From Seison nebaliae (Eukaryota), in contig JALJEE010000745.1 of assembly GCA_023231475.1 (NCBI GenBank), forward strand, positions 1 through 43,171: 43,171 nucleotides of DNA, written 5' to 3'. The notes below the pieces were generated by a model, which was not told where the DNA came from, made no database searches, and saw only the letters and a list, made by a program, of their open reading frames with translations. Of the stretch, positions 1 to 13,500 are shown in pieces. Each line of letters opens with the position of its first letter. The first letter of the stretch is position 1. A program made the position numbers and the translations under genes.

Positions 1-415
1 CCTTATTCGTAATCGATTTAACCATTTGCATTAAACCATCTTGGATCGTAGTATTCTCTGAAATCTTATCATTAATATTACGAATTGCCTCCGACATTAT
101 CACCATGCTTTCTTCTACACATTTCATGCTTTCTCCTACAAATTTCATTTCTTTCTTGAGGTGAACATTTTCCTCCAGAATTTGGTTCAATTTGAGCTCA
201 ATTGAAACAAGCTCAGTTTTCTCGATTGAGCAAGTGGCATCAAATTCCGGTTCCGTGCATATTCTCTTTAGAGTAGACGGAGTACTATTGTTCTTAGAAC
301 CAGGTGGTCTTCCCCTTGGCCTTTTGTTAATAGAATCATTTCCGCCAGTTTGAGGATTGTTCTTCTGTACGGACGGACATAATTGATCAGTTGTACCTGT
401 ACCTTGATCGTTCAT
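1..415 (-). CDS. N-terminal part of an AT-hook + coiled-coil protein running off the window edge (possibly a retroelement ORF1-like or DNA-binding protein)
   Basis: ATG at 415, open to base 1: MNDQGTGTTDQLCPSVQKNNPQTGGNDSINKRPRGRPPGSKN... contains an AT-hook core (RPRGRP), then a heptad-like segment (LVSIELKLNQILEENVHLKKEMKFV). Missed by the ORF track because it has no stop within the window. Confidence 0.6.
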   Translation of the reverse strand, partial: MNDQGTGTTDQLCPSVQKNNPQTGGNDSINKRPRGRPPGSKNNSTPSTLKRICTEPEFDATCSIEKTELVSIELKLNQILEENVHLKKEMKFVGESMKCVEESMVIMSEAIRNINDKISENTTIQDGLMQMVKSITNK

Positions 416-719
416 TTTTTTTTTCTCTCTTTCTTGAAGTCTCAATATAATGAATTAATTTAATCTTTTCGAATCATTTAGCCAAATAAAATAAATAATA
501 TATATTATATAGTAACTAAATAATAATAATAATTGCTAAATAATAATTAAACCAGAAATTTGAAAGTTAAAGAAAATTAATCAAATTTTCAAATATTTCT
601 TTTCGAAGAATTAATTTTTTGAGAATTATAGAAAGAATAATCGTTTAATATAAAATATTTAACGAAAAATATTTAATCATTTCTTCTCAAATCAATATTT
701 CGAGAGTTTGCCGTTAGAT

Positions 720-1781
720 ATGGCAATGAATAATTTCACCTTCTTCTTATCATCATTGTTCGCTGTGTTGTGTATGATAACGTCAAATGTTGATGGTTCT
801 ACATTTATGACGTTGTTTCTAAAAGAGAAACCAGATTTATTTCTCGATTCATTATTACTACCACAATACGATTGGCAGACGATTCAGAAAGGAATTGAGA
901 AATCGAGGCCAGATATGTTCTATTTATATGTGACGAATGAGGAATTGGGTGAGGAAGTGAACAAGAGATTAAATAGTCAATTTAATGTTTTTCATCAATT
1001 CTCCTTGATTGCGGAAGAGGAACGAAAAGCGCCTTCATTAGAAGATAAGAGATTACATATTTTCAATATTACTTCAATTGACGATTATCAACATTTTCTC
1101 GATGTATTCCACAGTAATAACTTCATAATTGTTCTAGCTCGACCAACTAAATTAGTACCAGCTGTTCGAAAGAAAAGAGCAGCGAAAGAAGAGCCAACTC
1201 CCTCCAATTCAACAATTGTTCGTGGCCCTAGTTGTTTAGCGTCATATAGTCAAGTGACTTATACTAATTCAACTGATCCGAAATCAGGAGGAACATTCAA
1301 TAAAGTCATTTGGAAAAGTTGTACGAATCAAACCGCCCAACTTGATATGACAACAGCTGGTTGGACTTTCTCCATCGTTTTCTCAGCGAAACAAAACGGA
1401 GAATGGTTAGTCAGTAATGCTACAGTCAGTAACAGCAAAATACCACTCTTATCAGATTATTCGATGGATTCTCCGGGAAAATTCTCTTTTGTTTGTAATC
1501 GAATCACTTTCGTTTGGTCGTCATCAAATACTTTTGGAATTTCTATCGATCGTTTACAAATTTTGCCATTCGGACTCACTTCCAATTCCTCATTCCCCAA
1601 TGAGATCAATGATTGTATCGGTTATATGTCAATTCCAATTTTTATGGGATGGTTCGTCTCAGCAATTATTATGATTATTATCACATATGGATTCTCGCTC
1701 TTGTTCTCAATAAAAAGTGTAGATAAGTTCGAAGATTCGAAAGGACCGAAAATTATGGTGACGAAAACTAAGTCTAAATAA
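720..1781 (+). CDS. ATP6AP1: V-type ATPase accessory subunit S1 (Ac45/ATP6AP1-like), intronless
   Basis: Signal peptide, furin site VRKKR, luminal domain, and the characteristic C-terminus NDCIGYMSIPIFMG-TM-SIKSVDKFEDSKG. First ATG is at 720 (the ORF track starts at TTG 708). Confidence 0.85.
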   Translation: MAMNNFTFFLSSLFAVLCMITSNVDGSTFMTLFLKEKPDLFLDSLLLPQYDWQTIQKGIEKSRPDMFYLYVTNEELGEEVNKRLNSQFNVFHQFSLIAEEERKAPSLEDKRLHIFNITSIDDYQHFLDVFHSNNFIIVLARPTKLVPAVRKKRAAKEEPTPSNSTIVRGPSCLASYSQVTYTNSTDPKSGGTFNKVIWKSCTNQTAQLDMTTAGWTFSIVFSAKQNGEWLVSNATVSNSKIPLLSDYSMDSPGKFSFVCNRITFVWSSSNTFGISIDRLQILPFGLTSNSSFPNEINDCIGYMSIPIFMGWFVSAIIMIIITYGFSLLFSIKSVDKFEDSKGPKIMVTKTKSK

Positions 1782-2076
1782 TTTTTTCACCAAAAAAAAT
1801 AAGGAAGTCAATCCAAATGGACATTATCTTTCATCAAATTATTTTCAATATTCATTTATTTATATAGTTCATTATTCCCTAGTCAATTCTTTTATTTTCC
1901 GTTAATTTAATTCCAGTTTGTTGAAAGCCTCTCGATTCTGTCTATTCACCATTTCAAGTTTTCACTAATAAAAATTTCTTTTATTTACATCGAAAATATT
2001 GGGAGAAAATAATAAATATTCTTTTGTTTTGTCGATAAGAAAGATTTTAAATTTATTGATATCGTCTTCATTCAAT

Positions 2077-2989
2077 TTAGACTAGAAAGGAGTTGATCGA
2101 TAAAAAATTATTATTCTTCTTTCGTTCTTTGTTTAAATAATTGATTGGTAGATTGTGAATTGTACATTCATCATTCGTCGATTTTGATGGTATTGGTAAT
2201 GATAAAATTGGAGGTTTATTCACAGTCTTCATATTAGGCGAAATTTTGGTAGTTGGGACGATTGTCGAATTTGGTGTTTGAATCAAATTCGAAATGAGAG
2301 TTTGTAATAAAATGTTGTTGAAGTCGGTTGTTGATGAGACTTCATTCTTAACATCTTCCTCCATTCTTCTCATCTTCTCTTCACCATTTTCTGAATGAGA
2401 ATTTAATTGACACAAATTTTTCTCTTTTGATAAACTGTCAGTTATCGCTTTTCGTTTACGATGTTTAGCACGACGATTTTGAAACCAAACCTAGATTTCA
2501 AATTTGATAGAAGGAAAGTGGAAAAGAATGAACATTTCAACTTGAACTCGTGCTTCGGTTAAACATACCCGATTCGCTAATTCGTCTCTAGTGACAACAT
2601 CAGGATATGGATTCGTTTGAAAACTTGCTTCCAATTCATTCAACTAATAAAATAATAAGATAATAAGAATGAAGAAAATTTAGAACTTGATATATGGAAA
2701 AAGTTGTTCGATTTCGACGTTGTTTCCTCTGATTCCCAATTTCCAGAAGAGCATTTTTCGATTTTTGAATTGTCGAATTGAAATTGTTGTTGAGTTGGAA
2801 ATTACTACTCAAAAATTTTTTGGAAGACGCTGTCAAATATTTGTCATCTAATACAGATGATGTTGATGGTGAAGTGTTGTCGAGAATATTTGATCGGAAT
2901 GACGCCAAGTTATTTTGTTGGAACCATTCTTGTAATTTGAGGAAATTGTTCGGATCATTAGACGATAATAAATTCGTATCAGAATTCAT
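2077..2989 (-). CDS. Paired-like (PRD class, Q50) homeobox transcription factor, Drgx/Prrx-like; 3 exons
   Basis: Spliced homeodomain [60 protein letters not shown]. Introns 2644-2686 (GTTCTA..TAG) and 2491-2541 (GTTGAA..TAG); the second lies at the classical PRD-class position between homeodomain codons 46/47. Confidence 0.9.
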
Positions 2990-5291
2990 CAGGATAAATC
3001 TGAAGGTATTTTGAATAATATGATTTTGAATTGGATTAATAGAATTGGATTAAATAAAATGAAATTAATAATAAGATGATTAAATGAGAAATGAGATAAA
3101 GGAATTTCTTGTAAAAGAATAGTGATACTATTTAATACGGTATAAATAGTAAAATGAATCTATCTAATTATCACATCATAACTCATTAGCTACTTCAGTT
3201 AAAACGGAACGATTTTTGATAAAAACTTATACTGTTTTGGGCGGTAACTGAACAGCTTTCGACTGCCACTCTCCAAAAATACACACTTATACACATTCTC
3301 CTTCATTAATAGAGAAATTGGAGGAAGAGGATGGAAGAAGAAAGAAGAACGATAATTAATTAGTTAAGTTTATTCATCTCTTTTCCGACGTTGTCTTGAG
3401 AAGATGATTTCATATTAGTAAAAAGGACGAATAAGAGAATTTGTGGTGTAATGAGGTTCCCTTCCGTTTCTTATTAATTCAATTTGAATTAATCGAATTC
3501 TTTCACACTTTCCAATACTATATTGAATGAGTTCGCTACAATGAGATGGTCATCGAATTTACGTTGGACAATCGGGAAATTTCTCCCAAAAAAATTGTGA
3601 ATGAATATTTTTAGGATTGATCTAATTTGAATTTGATGAGAAAAAGAAGGATTAACTAACTGATTGACTGTCTGACAGAATTGCATATTGACATAATGAA
3701 TAAAATACAATTGAATTATGACTCGTTAGAGTTTTCGTAAGGGAATTCCACAATTATCGTTACATTAATTGGAATAATTAATTAATAAATAAGATTTTAG
3801 TTAATCGAATCACGCCGACTAATTATTCCCAGCTGCTGATTCAATTTGATCAGAGTGAAGCAGTCAAATGTTCTAACGGAATTTCAGTGCTAAATCAACT
3901 TGATTCTGTTCAAATTGTCTATGCAACTTCTTCCCAAATGAAATTTCCTCACAAAAAAAATTTCATTAATTCAATCACAATTGTGACGAATTATAGACAC
4001 AATAAATGGAATTCATAAAATATTCGATGAAATTTTTCATTTTAGAAATATTTCAACTAATTTTAATTCAAATTGAAATTTAAATTCATTTAACGTTCAC
4101 CATGAAGAAGATGCCATTTAACGATTGTTATTAAAAACAAACTAGAAAAAGATTCAGTTAAATAGATTCGCTCAAAAACCGGTTTCTCAAACTATGATAA
4201 TGTTTTCGGATGATTAGCAAATAAGTCAAAGAGAAATGAAATTTTTTCATAAATGTAATAAATTGAAAGAGAAAATTAGGAAAATGAAAAAGAAGAATCT
4301 TAGTTAGTGAGTGATGAAGATGATGAGGATGAGGATGATGAAGTAGAAGTAGACAGAAGAAGAAGAAGAAGGAAGAAAAGGTGAAGAGATCATTTTGATT
4401 CTATTATGAACAAGAAATTTGTGATTCCGATACATTTCAATTAAGGAGAATAAGCAGAAGTGTCGATTATTAATCATTATGTAATTGTTGCATTATTGAC
4501 GAATAAGTGCTCTTGTTGGAATTAGATCTCAATTCATTACAATTATTCGATAAAGATTGCCGCCTTATGATCTTATTATTGATGATGATTATTGTACTAG
4601 AGTTAAGAGTTATGACGAATAAATTTACATGTCGATTTACAAATATTAATTGTAAGATGTGAATAGAATCAAAATTAATTTCTTATTCTTATCAACGAGA
4701 CGAAAATCTCATGACAAAGTCATGAAATTAATTAATTAATATATATCATCTCTTATACATCTCGTTTATTTGAACAATTAATAAATTATTATAAAAAATG
4801 ATTACGATATTTATCTTATTCGATTCTTGTCAATATCGATCGAATATGGCATAAAATTCTATTCGTCAAAGAGGCGAGAAAACTATTAAAAATTGAACAT
4901 AAATAAATTGATAAAATGAAGTTGATGTTAGGTTAGAATTGGAAAGCATTTTAATTTTATTATAATTGTCGAGATGAAACTAATCTGAATAATTAAAACT
5001 TTAATGAAATAGTTTTTGACAACCGTCGATCATATCACAACAGATGGTCGTTAATCTTGTGATTATCAAATGGAAATTGAATAATTAGATCTTAATCACA
5101 TTTAATGTTTCTTATGATTTGTTTCTCTAATGATCTTTTCTCTTTATTATCTGTTACCATTTGATGATATTCGTATAGACTGATATAGACGATGATAGAA
5201 GAAGTTCAATTAAATAACTTTTAATCGTAATCAATTACATTTAAGTGTATTAAATCGAATTAAATTTCTCGTGAAATCATTTCGCTATCGT

Positions 5292-6964
5292 TCATCCTTG
5301 ATCATACGATTTCACCATTTTCATAAAATGGTTATTGATCTTAATTGATTCGTTAGATTTCTCTTTTGCCGATCGATTCTTCATCTTCTTCTGTTCGATC
5401 ATCTTTTCGAAGTTTTCCAAATCGAAACTGAAATTGTAATTATTCTTCTTATCTATCAGCATCGTCGGCGATAGGAAACGATTCGCCCATTTAATTTCAT
5501 GTGGTAGATAAGAAGTTCGTAGTTCTACTGCACTGCCGTTCGTTTCCGTGTTGCCCGTCAACATGACAACAATTTCGAAATTGGGTAAACGAGTATATTT
5601 CTCGGCGAGGAACATGTTGTTCTTCGTTTCGACTTCTTCCGAGAAATCTTCTTCTTTCATTTCATAAAATGGAGAGTCTTCATTCACCTCATGTTCCACT
5701 AGGAGAGGATACATCGAAAACAAATGGGTAGCACCTTCATAAGCAAATTGGGAGAAGTTAAATCAGACTTAAATTCAAATTTACTTAACCTGAACAACGA
5801 CATTTAATTTCCGTCACTTTTACTGGTACCGATTGTACCGATTCATCTTCGCTGTCACTTTCTTTGTCATTCGATTTACTGAAGGAGAAACGACGTGAAG
5901 GCAACGTTGCTGATCGATCTAAAACAGTTTCTGGACTTAACATTGGACTCTTCATATTGGTTATTTCGCTCCAACAAATAAAAGGGGAACTTACCGGAGT
6001 AACTTGATTTCTTTTCACTTTCTTTCCTGTCGGACTGAATGAAACTGAATCTGACGATGATGTTGTCGTCGTTGGAATCGAACCATTTCCTTGAGATTTC
6101 GATGGACTTTTCCGATTTCTGTACCATTGATTAGAAATTCTTTCTTCTAATTTCGTTTTAGTAGTTGAATAGATGTTGGTTGAGTTGTATTGAAGGAAAA
6201 ATACTTTGAGTTCGGGAGACAATAATTGTGCTCGTCGAATATTTCCTAATTGGAAAGAGAAATACAGATTTCCATTTTCACCTTCATTAATTGTGGCGAA
6301 GTGAGTGAATACGATTGTACTTCTTCGTTTTTTCGGTTTTGTAAACTTTGAAAATATGAGACCTTAAATGGAAAATTTTAATAAATTAAATTTATTTCCT
6401 AAAATAGTTTTAACCAGTTACAATCACTTGCATCAAAAGTCCAAGTATGACTTGAAAATGCATAATCGTTATAACAACTTCACAATGTCTTGTAATATAT
6501 CCTACAAAATATAAATTAATACGATGATTATAATAAAATATTTTAAACGGAATCCATATCCGATCGTATGTTGAGTCTCAATAGAAAAAAGGAGGATAGA
6601 CGTGAAATCGAATACGTTTTGAATACATGGACTGAATCCTTCTTCATTTTTATAAGAATTATTTTTTGCATATTCGAAATCGCCATGATGGTAAGAAATA
6701 CCCCAATAAATTACACCAAAAAATAACCATGTCCCAACGAAACCTTTGAATTCGTTCAATTTTAAGTAAACTCCCAAAAAACTAATAACCCAAGAAGAAT
6801 AATACGAGAATCCATCTCCATTGAGATTCCATCAAAGTATAAAATATGTCAGCATATTGTCTACGACGTTTGGACGGAATACCTCGTAATTCATAATTAA
6901 GTAAACCATTTTTTTCAACCGTTCTAATGAATTTTGGTCTTTTATTCCGTTTGCGACACAGCAT
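5292..6964 (-). CDS. Inward-rectifier potassium channel (Kir/Irk family); 5 coding exons
   Basis: M1 WRWILVLFFLGFVGTWLFFG, pore FSIETQHTIGYGFR, M2 followed by FSKFTKPKKRR, and cytoplasmic HEVNEDSPFY / FEIVVMLTG / RTSYLPHEIKW. Introns 6744-6789, 6502-6548, 6363-6414 and 5735-5789, all GTT..AG. Start codon is uncertain. Confidence 0.93.
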
Positions 6965-7567
6965 GACACTTTTCGGACGAAATGACGAGAACTGACAAAT
7001 TTATGATTTAATTTGAGGTAGAATTTCCACTTGACAAGTGAAAGAACCTTCAACAATTCGTCTTTTGTCAATGGAATTTCATATGAAATTCACTAAATTC
7101 GATTATATTCTCGAAAGCGAAAAGATGAATAAAAGTTCCTTTCTGTTACCTATTGTGAACTGGAACATATAGCAGTACCATGTGAATTGTTTTCACATTG
7201 ATGAACAATGTTCACAATTCAATACTCTTCCTATTGACATTAATAAAATCGAAATATATTTGACTTTCGATCATTCTTCAATTTCATCACATAAACGTCT
7301 ACCACAAAACCTCTTAAATTATTCTCATCCATAATAAGCAGACATTGAATAAAAATAAAATTTATTTTTTTCCAATTTATTCATATTTTATTTTCAATAA
7401 ATTGAACATTTCTACAATTCAAATGAATATCGGAAAAGAAGAAAAGTTTATAACGAGACTTTATAAATGTCTAAATAAAATGTTTATTGTTGAAATAAGT
7501 TCAAAAAGAAAATGATAAGAATAAGAAAGATATAGTTTTAAATATTGAATTATATTGAAAATCTTTT

Positions 7568-10500
7568 TTAGTCAAGTGCAATGTGTATTTTTTCCAAATT
7601 TTTCTTCCATTTGGCCATTCCATGATGTTCCAGCCATTCTTCCCAGAACGACCTGATTTTGGCCATGTATGCTAAAATGGAGTAATATGAGAAGAACTAT
7701 GGAAAATGAAAAGGAATTTAACGTTTCTTTAAGTTCTCTTTATTGTAGCAGAAGTCGATTGAATCCTTTTTACCTTTTAACTTCAATTTCAGATATTTTT
7801 GGAAAACTGGCGATATGTGTCCAGCGATCTCCATGCTGAAATTAAGTCGTTCACATTTAAGTGCTACCCAAATTTAATTATTAAGTGAAATTCACAAATA
7901 TTTTAAGCTCAACTAACGACTCTTGCAATTATTATGATCACATTGTCTGGAAGTGTCTTTGTCCTTCAATAAAATTTCAAATGTCGACCAAGAATTTAAT
8001 CGATTCCATCGACGCCAAAAACGTGTCAAAATTTTTTCAACTGACAACTTCTGATCGATATGGCGCCGCTTAACACAAACTGGTACTAAAACATTATTTA
8101 ATTGTTTTCCTAAATAATATTTGTAAAATTTCGTTAATCGACTATCAACATCGTTCAATAATTTCTTATCGACTCTCACACCGAAACAAGTGGCAGCTCG
8201 TGGACATCGGAATATATCGAAACAAATATCGATTTCCTGAAGAACGCCTGGTAATTTTCTTGTTGCTAAACTCTTGATATTATTCTTTAATTTCCATTTA
8301 TTCTGTCGTCTCACTTTTCTCCTATAAATGGCTATTATAGTTCGTTGTTCTACAAATAAGCGAAATTAATTATCATTCTGATAAGAAAATTGAAACTTAA
8401 TCCAATAAATTTATCTTTTATACAAATTTCAAATTTATTCGATTGAAGTGGGAGGTATTGGGTGAGACGTTTATAGAAAACATCTCGACTTCTTAGATAT
8501 CTACTATTTTTCAATTGATAACAAACTTTATCACTACCACAATCACGATTGCAACCGAATTCATTCACTTTTGAAAAATAAAGATCATTTGATGAAAAGG
8601 CAAATAAATTTAAACTGCTATTTTCAAAATTCTTAGCACATTCATAATTGTTGAGTTCTGTGTACATACATTGTTCATTTTGAGAACATGTTTGAGTTGC
8701 CGGTCTCTCTTTCAATTCACCGTTTTTCGTACATTCGATTTCCGTCTGACAATTCTTTCCAAGAACTATAGTATCACGTTTGATAACTTCGTAATCGGCA
8801 TGATGACAACCACATTCATTCTTTTTAACCAATTCAACACCTTCATACAAATATCCATCATCAGCTTGACAATGGTCGAACATCATCTTTTCGGCCTGAC
8901 CACATTCCATTCCCGATGGATCGTTACACGTTTTATGACACAAATTATTTTCTCTCATATATTTGGCATTGGTTGGACAAATTCGACCTAGAAATTATTT
9001 ATTATAAATTCCATATCAGATTAAGCAACTAACGACAATTTCCTTTCATAATATCTACATTTTTGATATTTTTATTTGCACAATCATCTGCCGTTCTCTT
9101 TTGATATTCACAGAGAATATCATCGATGTCTATTTGATCGCCTTTCTTCAATGATTCTTCTAATTCACTTCGACAATCCTTTACATTATTTTTTATAAGA
9201 TTTCCGTCTTCCTATTTTCATTTTAATAAGAGACGAAAACAATGAAAACCACATCGATGAAAAACTAACCAATTGGCAATTCAGGAAAGATTCCTTCACA
9301 TGAACATCACAACCTGTTTTTATAGTTTTTTTTACCATATTATCCTCCAAATTATTATGTTCGATACCCATTCGTCGTAATTCGACGCCCATTCGTTCAC
9401 ATCTGCAAAATAAAAAAATTTCAATTAATATTTATTTTTAAAATTTGAACGAACTCGTCAATTCCCGAATCATCTGGAACTTCGTAAGAATAGCCACCGT
9501 TCCATTGAGGATTGACATCCTTCTTCACACCAAATGAATCGAAATCATCATTATTATCTTCGTCGTCAAAATTGCCACAAATTCCGGTCATTCGATTTTT
9601 ATAGTGGTCCGTCACAGACATTTGAACGAATCCGTCCGATTTGAAAACTAACTTCCAACCACACACTTTGTTTTCAATCGTCAATTTGTTCGTTAGGAGC
9701 AAACGACTAATTGTGATGAAATTATCAAAATCATGAGCATCCAAAGTTCCTGGTAACGAAATTGTTTGGCCGTTTACCTGTAATTTATTTTACCGTTTTT
9801 TTTTTAAATCGGAAAAACCACCAACTGATACTGTGTTTGATAATAAACGTATTTTGTGAGATAAAGTTACCAGATCGGCCAACAATGTTTTTCTACCATT
9901 ATCTCCATTAAAACGTTTAATTTGAACATCGAACCAACAGGAATCCTTTTAGAAATTTTTAAAATATTTATTTCAAGTCTTAAAACGAACTTGATATTGT
10001 TCTTTAACAGCTGCCATCGAATATTTGCAATCTCCTATAAATTCGAACTCTCTTTTATCAAATGTCTCAAATCGACGTGTTCGTTTTACAGTACATGCAT
10101 ATAATTCTTTATCAGCTAATTGTTGGATAATGGAGGAAATATATTATAATTAAAATTTAAAATCTACTAACCAACGTTAACATCTTTCATTTCATGTAAA
10201 AGTAACAGATGTCGTTGCACTGGATTTGCATTCTTCAATTTTTGCAGATTTTCAATTTCATCTAATGTCGCTCGTTGTTTTAAGTCATTCCTAATCTTCC
10301 TTAAATTGTCCTTCAACGTATCTTTTAATTGTTCAAGTTTTTCCAAATTTTTTATTTTATCGTTTTTCTTTAGTTTATCTTTTTCTTTGATGACTTGCAT
10401 GATATCCCTTATTTTCAATTTCATTTGTTCCCCACTTAACATATCACATTGTGCTTTTAAGGCTAATTTAGCTTTATCCACCTTAACGTCCAGGCGACGT

Positions 10501-13500
10501 GTTAAGAAGTTTTTCACGAAAGTGTTTCTCTAAAAATTGGAATGACATGAAGTTTGAAAGAGATTAAAATAAACTTGAGCGACTAATGCTGAGTGTTTGC
10601 GAACTTTATTTCCAACTTTCTCTTTTCTTTCCATACGCAGTCGTCTGATACGCCTTCTCCTATTTCTCGATCTATTTCTATTTCTCGGTTTATTTTGTTT
10701 TTTCTTCTTTTGTTTTTTCTTCTTTTGTTTTTTCTTTTCTTTCTTCTTTGGTTTAGTCGTATTCTTGGTTTCTTCTTTTTTCTTGAAAATTGGTAGATTA
10801 AAAAGGTGTTTGAATATATCTAAATGGCGTTTAAATCTAGGGGGTGCAATTTTTTCGGTCAACATAATTTTCATAGTGTCCTCCTCATCATCATCGTCAT
10901 CATCATCATCATCCATCAAATTTGTCTGTTCAATATTTTCCACATGATTTTCTTCCACTAGTTCCTGCATTTTATCGTCGATAGTTTTCAGTTCATCTGT
11001 TTCCGGTATTGCAATCGAACGTTTCTTTCTACCAAAAAAATGACGAGCTAAATTCGCGAGGAGACCATGGTTGTGTTGATGATGGTGGTTTTGCACTTTC
11101 TTCTCCTCATGATTTTCCTTTCTCTTACTATCTGTCGCATCTATCATATTTTTCTTTTGATTGTTTTTCTTCTTTTGGTTCTTCTTCGTTTTCTTTATTT
11201 CCTGGCCTAATTTATCTGCTACTTTCTCCCATTTATCATGAATTGCCTCTCCAGTCAATTTCACAATATGTTTTGCGTCAGAAAATTCGAATTCATTGAT
11301 CCAATGATCTCCGTCACATAATTTACTTTTCGTTACTTTACCATTATTCTTTTTAATTTCTTCTTCGTCCTCCTTCTCTTTCATTTTTTGTTCTTCTTCT
11401 CTCTCTTCACGTCGTACATTGGCCATTTGAGGTAAATCTTCAACCGTCTCCTCAATACATTGAAACTTAACGACCAATACAGCGCCTTGTCGATGACAAA
11501 AACTTCCATGAAAAATTCGATTGTAAACAAATATGTCACAAGACGCTGAACCATCACATTTCTTCTGTACTACATCTAACGCGTTAGGATCAGAACATGG
11601 GAAATCATCCGCGTTCAATGGTGGATTGACTTTCGGTAAAGGACATTGTGCAATTCCTGTTTCTAGACGAGGTTTTCCATAGAAACTACCGATAATTCGG
11701 ATAACTGATGATTTTGGACATTTAATTACCAGATGATCGAACGGACATACAATTCCGGAAGATTTTGCAGGAACTTCTGCAGTTAACGACCATAAATATA
11801 CATCTAATGCAGCCGATTGATCAGTAAAAAGAGGATCGTGAATTTCATTAATTTTTTCGTCCGTCACACTATTTTCCCCAACAATTCCATCATCAATTAA
11901 CGTTCTTATTGCTTCAGATTCGATTGAAATTTAAAATATAAGAAACATTAAGTTAAAATTAACCACACGCACTATTCGGATTGCCAGCGAAACCATTATT
12001 ACATTGGCATTCGAATAATTTGTTTTCGTTCAAAACACATGCCGCATTCGTTCCACATTTCGTTTTCGATGATCTACTTCTCAAGTCATTATGTCCGACA
12101 CAAGTGTAGATGGTTTGACAATCGGATGCCAAAGCCTCTTGACCGACATCCAGTTGTCCAATATTCAATTGGGAACATCCACATTTGGAAGGTAAAACGC
12201 ATTTATCTTTGAAATGTAAATATCCCTCTTTACAAACACATTGATCACCGGGCAATGTTAGAATAATGGGATCACACGCTACTCCTTGAGGATCATCACA
12301 AGTTTTTGGACAATTTTGTATTCCTGGAACATACTCCGAATTTTGTGGACATGTAATAGCTAAAAGAGAATAATTTATAAAATTCTGTAAAGTTCAGACT
12401 AACGGCAGAAAAATTCGCTTCTCCATTCAACTATTTTTCCCGTCGTCTTTGCACATTCGTCCGCCAAATTTCCAGCATGAGAACATTTAATTTCTTCTTG
12501 CTTGAGTGCTGGTCCTTTTCGAAATAGTGCCATAATATCCATTTTACATAAATTAACTTTCTCCACTACTAAATCGTTGTGTTTTTCTCCACATACTTGA
12601 AATGCGACAACTTTCAACATCTCTTCACATAATTCATCGATCTCATCCTTCTCTTCTGGTATGAGAGGTGGTGGTAAATTCTTATCTACATCCTGTTCCG
12701 ATTTCACAGAACAATCTATATCTGGACTGTGACATAAAAAATTATGAGAGAATTATAATGAGAATTAGAATTATTTAAATAATTAAAAACTTATATTGAT
12801 CAATGATTCCAGTGTCATCATGTACTTGGAATGAATCACCACCAGCCCAATTAATCGGATCCAAATATCCTTGCATTATTCCATTGGCATCGTTCTTATC
12901 ATCTTCTCTATCTCCATTCGCATTACCACAGATACCCATCACCTTCTCTGCATATACTTCATTAATCATAATATAAGCATTCATTAATCGATTGTATATT
13001 ACTTGGATACCACAACAAATATGTTTCACCGAAACGTAAGAACTACGAACGATGGATATTTTAAAATTTCCCTTTTGAATTTCTCCAGTTTCCGGAACCG
13101 TAATATTTTTCCCATTGAATGTCTATTTCAAAAAGAATAATATAAGAATTTTAATTTAAAATAATTCACCGTATAAGATCGAGTAATTCGAATATGTTCA
13201 TGATGAGTTCGAACATCGATTGCTTGTAAAGTCGATCCAAATGCTCCATTACTATCCAACGTATGATCTTCCGTTTGTTTCACTTCCATAGTAAACCAAC
13301 ATTCACTACTCTCATCAATCAATCTAGCAGCAGTATATTTACAGACGCCTTGAAAATGATTATAAATTCCGTCGAATGTTCGGAAATGAGGATCGCCTGA
13401 AATTGAGCAAATCTTCTTATTTACCAAATCTAAATTATTGTCACCCAAACATGGATCAGGAAAAGTAGCTGGTGTAGGTTTCTCCTCAAGAAGACCTTGT

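Noticed and set aside
3020..5280. TAAT/ATTA clusters and a GA-rich tract (about 4310-4390) upstream of the homeobox gene
   Set aside because: Probably regulatory DNA, but such motifs are expected by chance at this AT content and there is no supportable ORF.
10306..11299. Plus-strand Phe/Leu/Ser-rich ORFs that look like membrane proteins
   Set aside because: Antisense shadows of the Lys/Glu/Asp-rich minus-strand exon.
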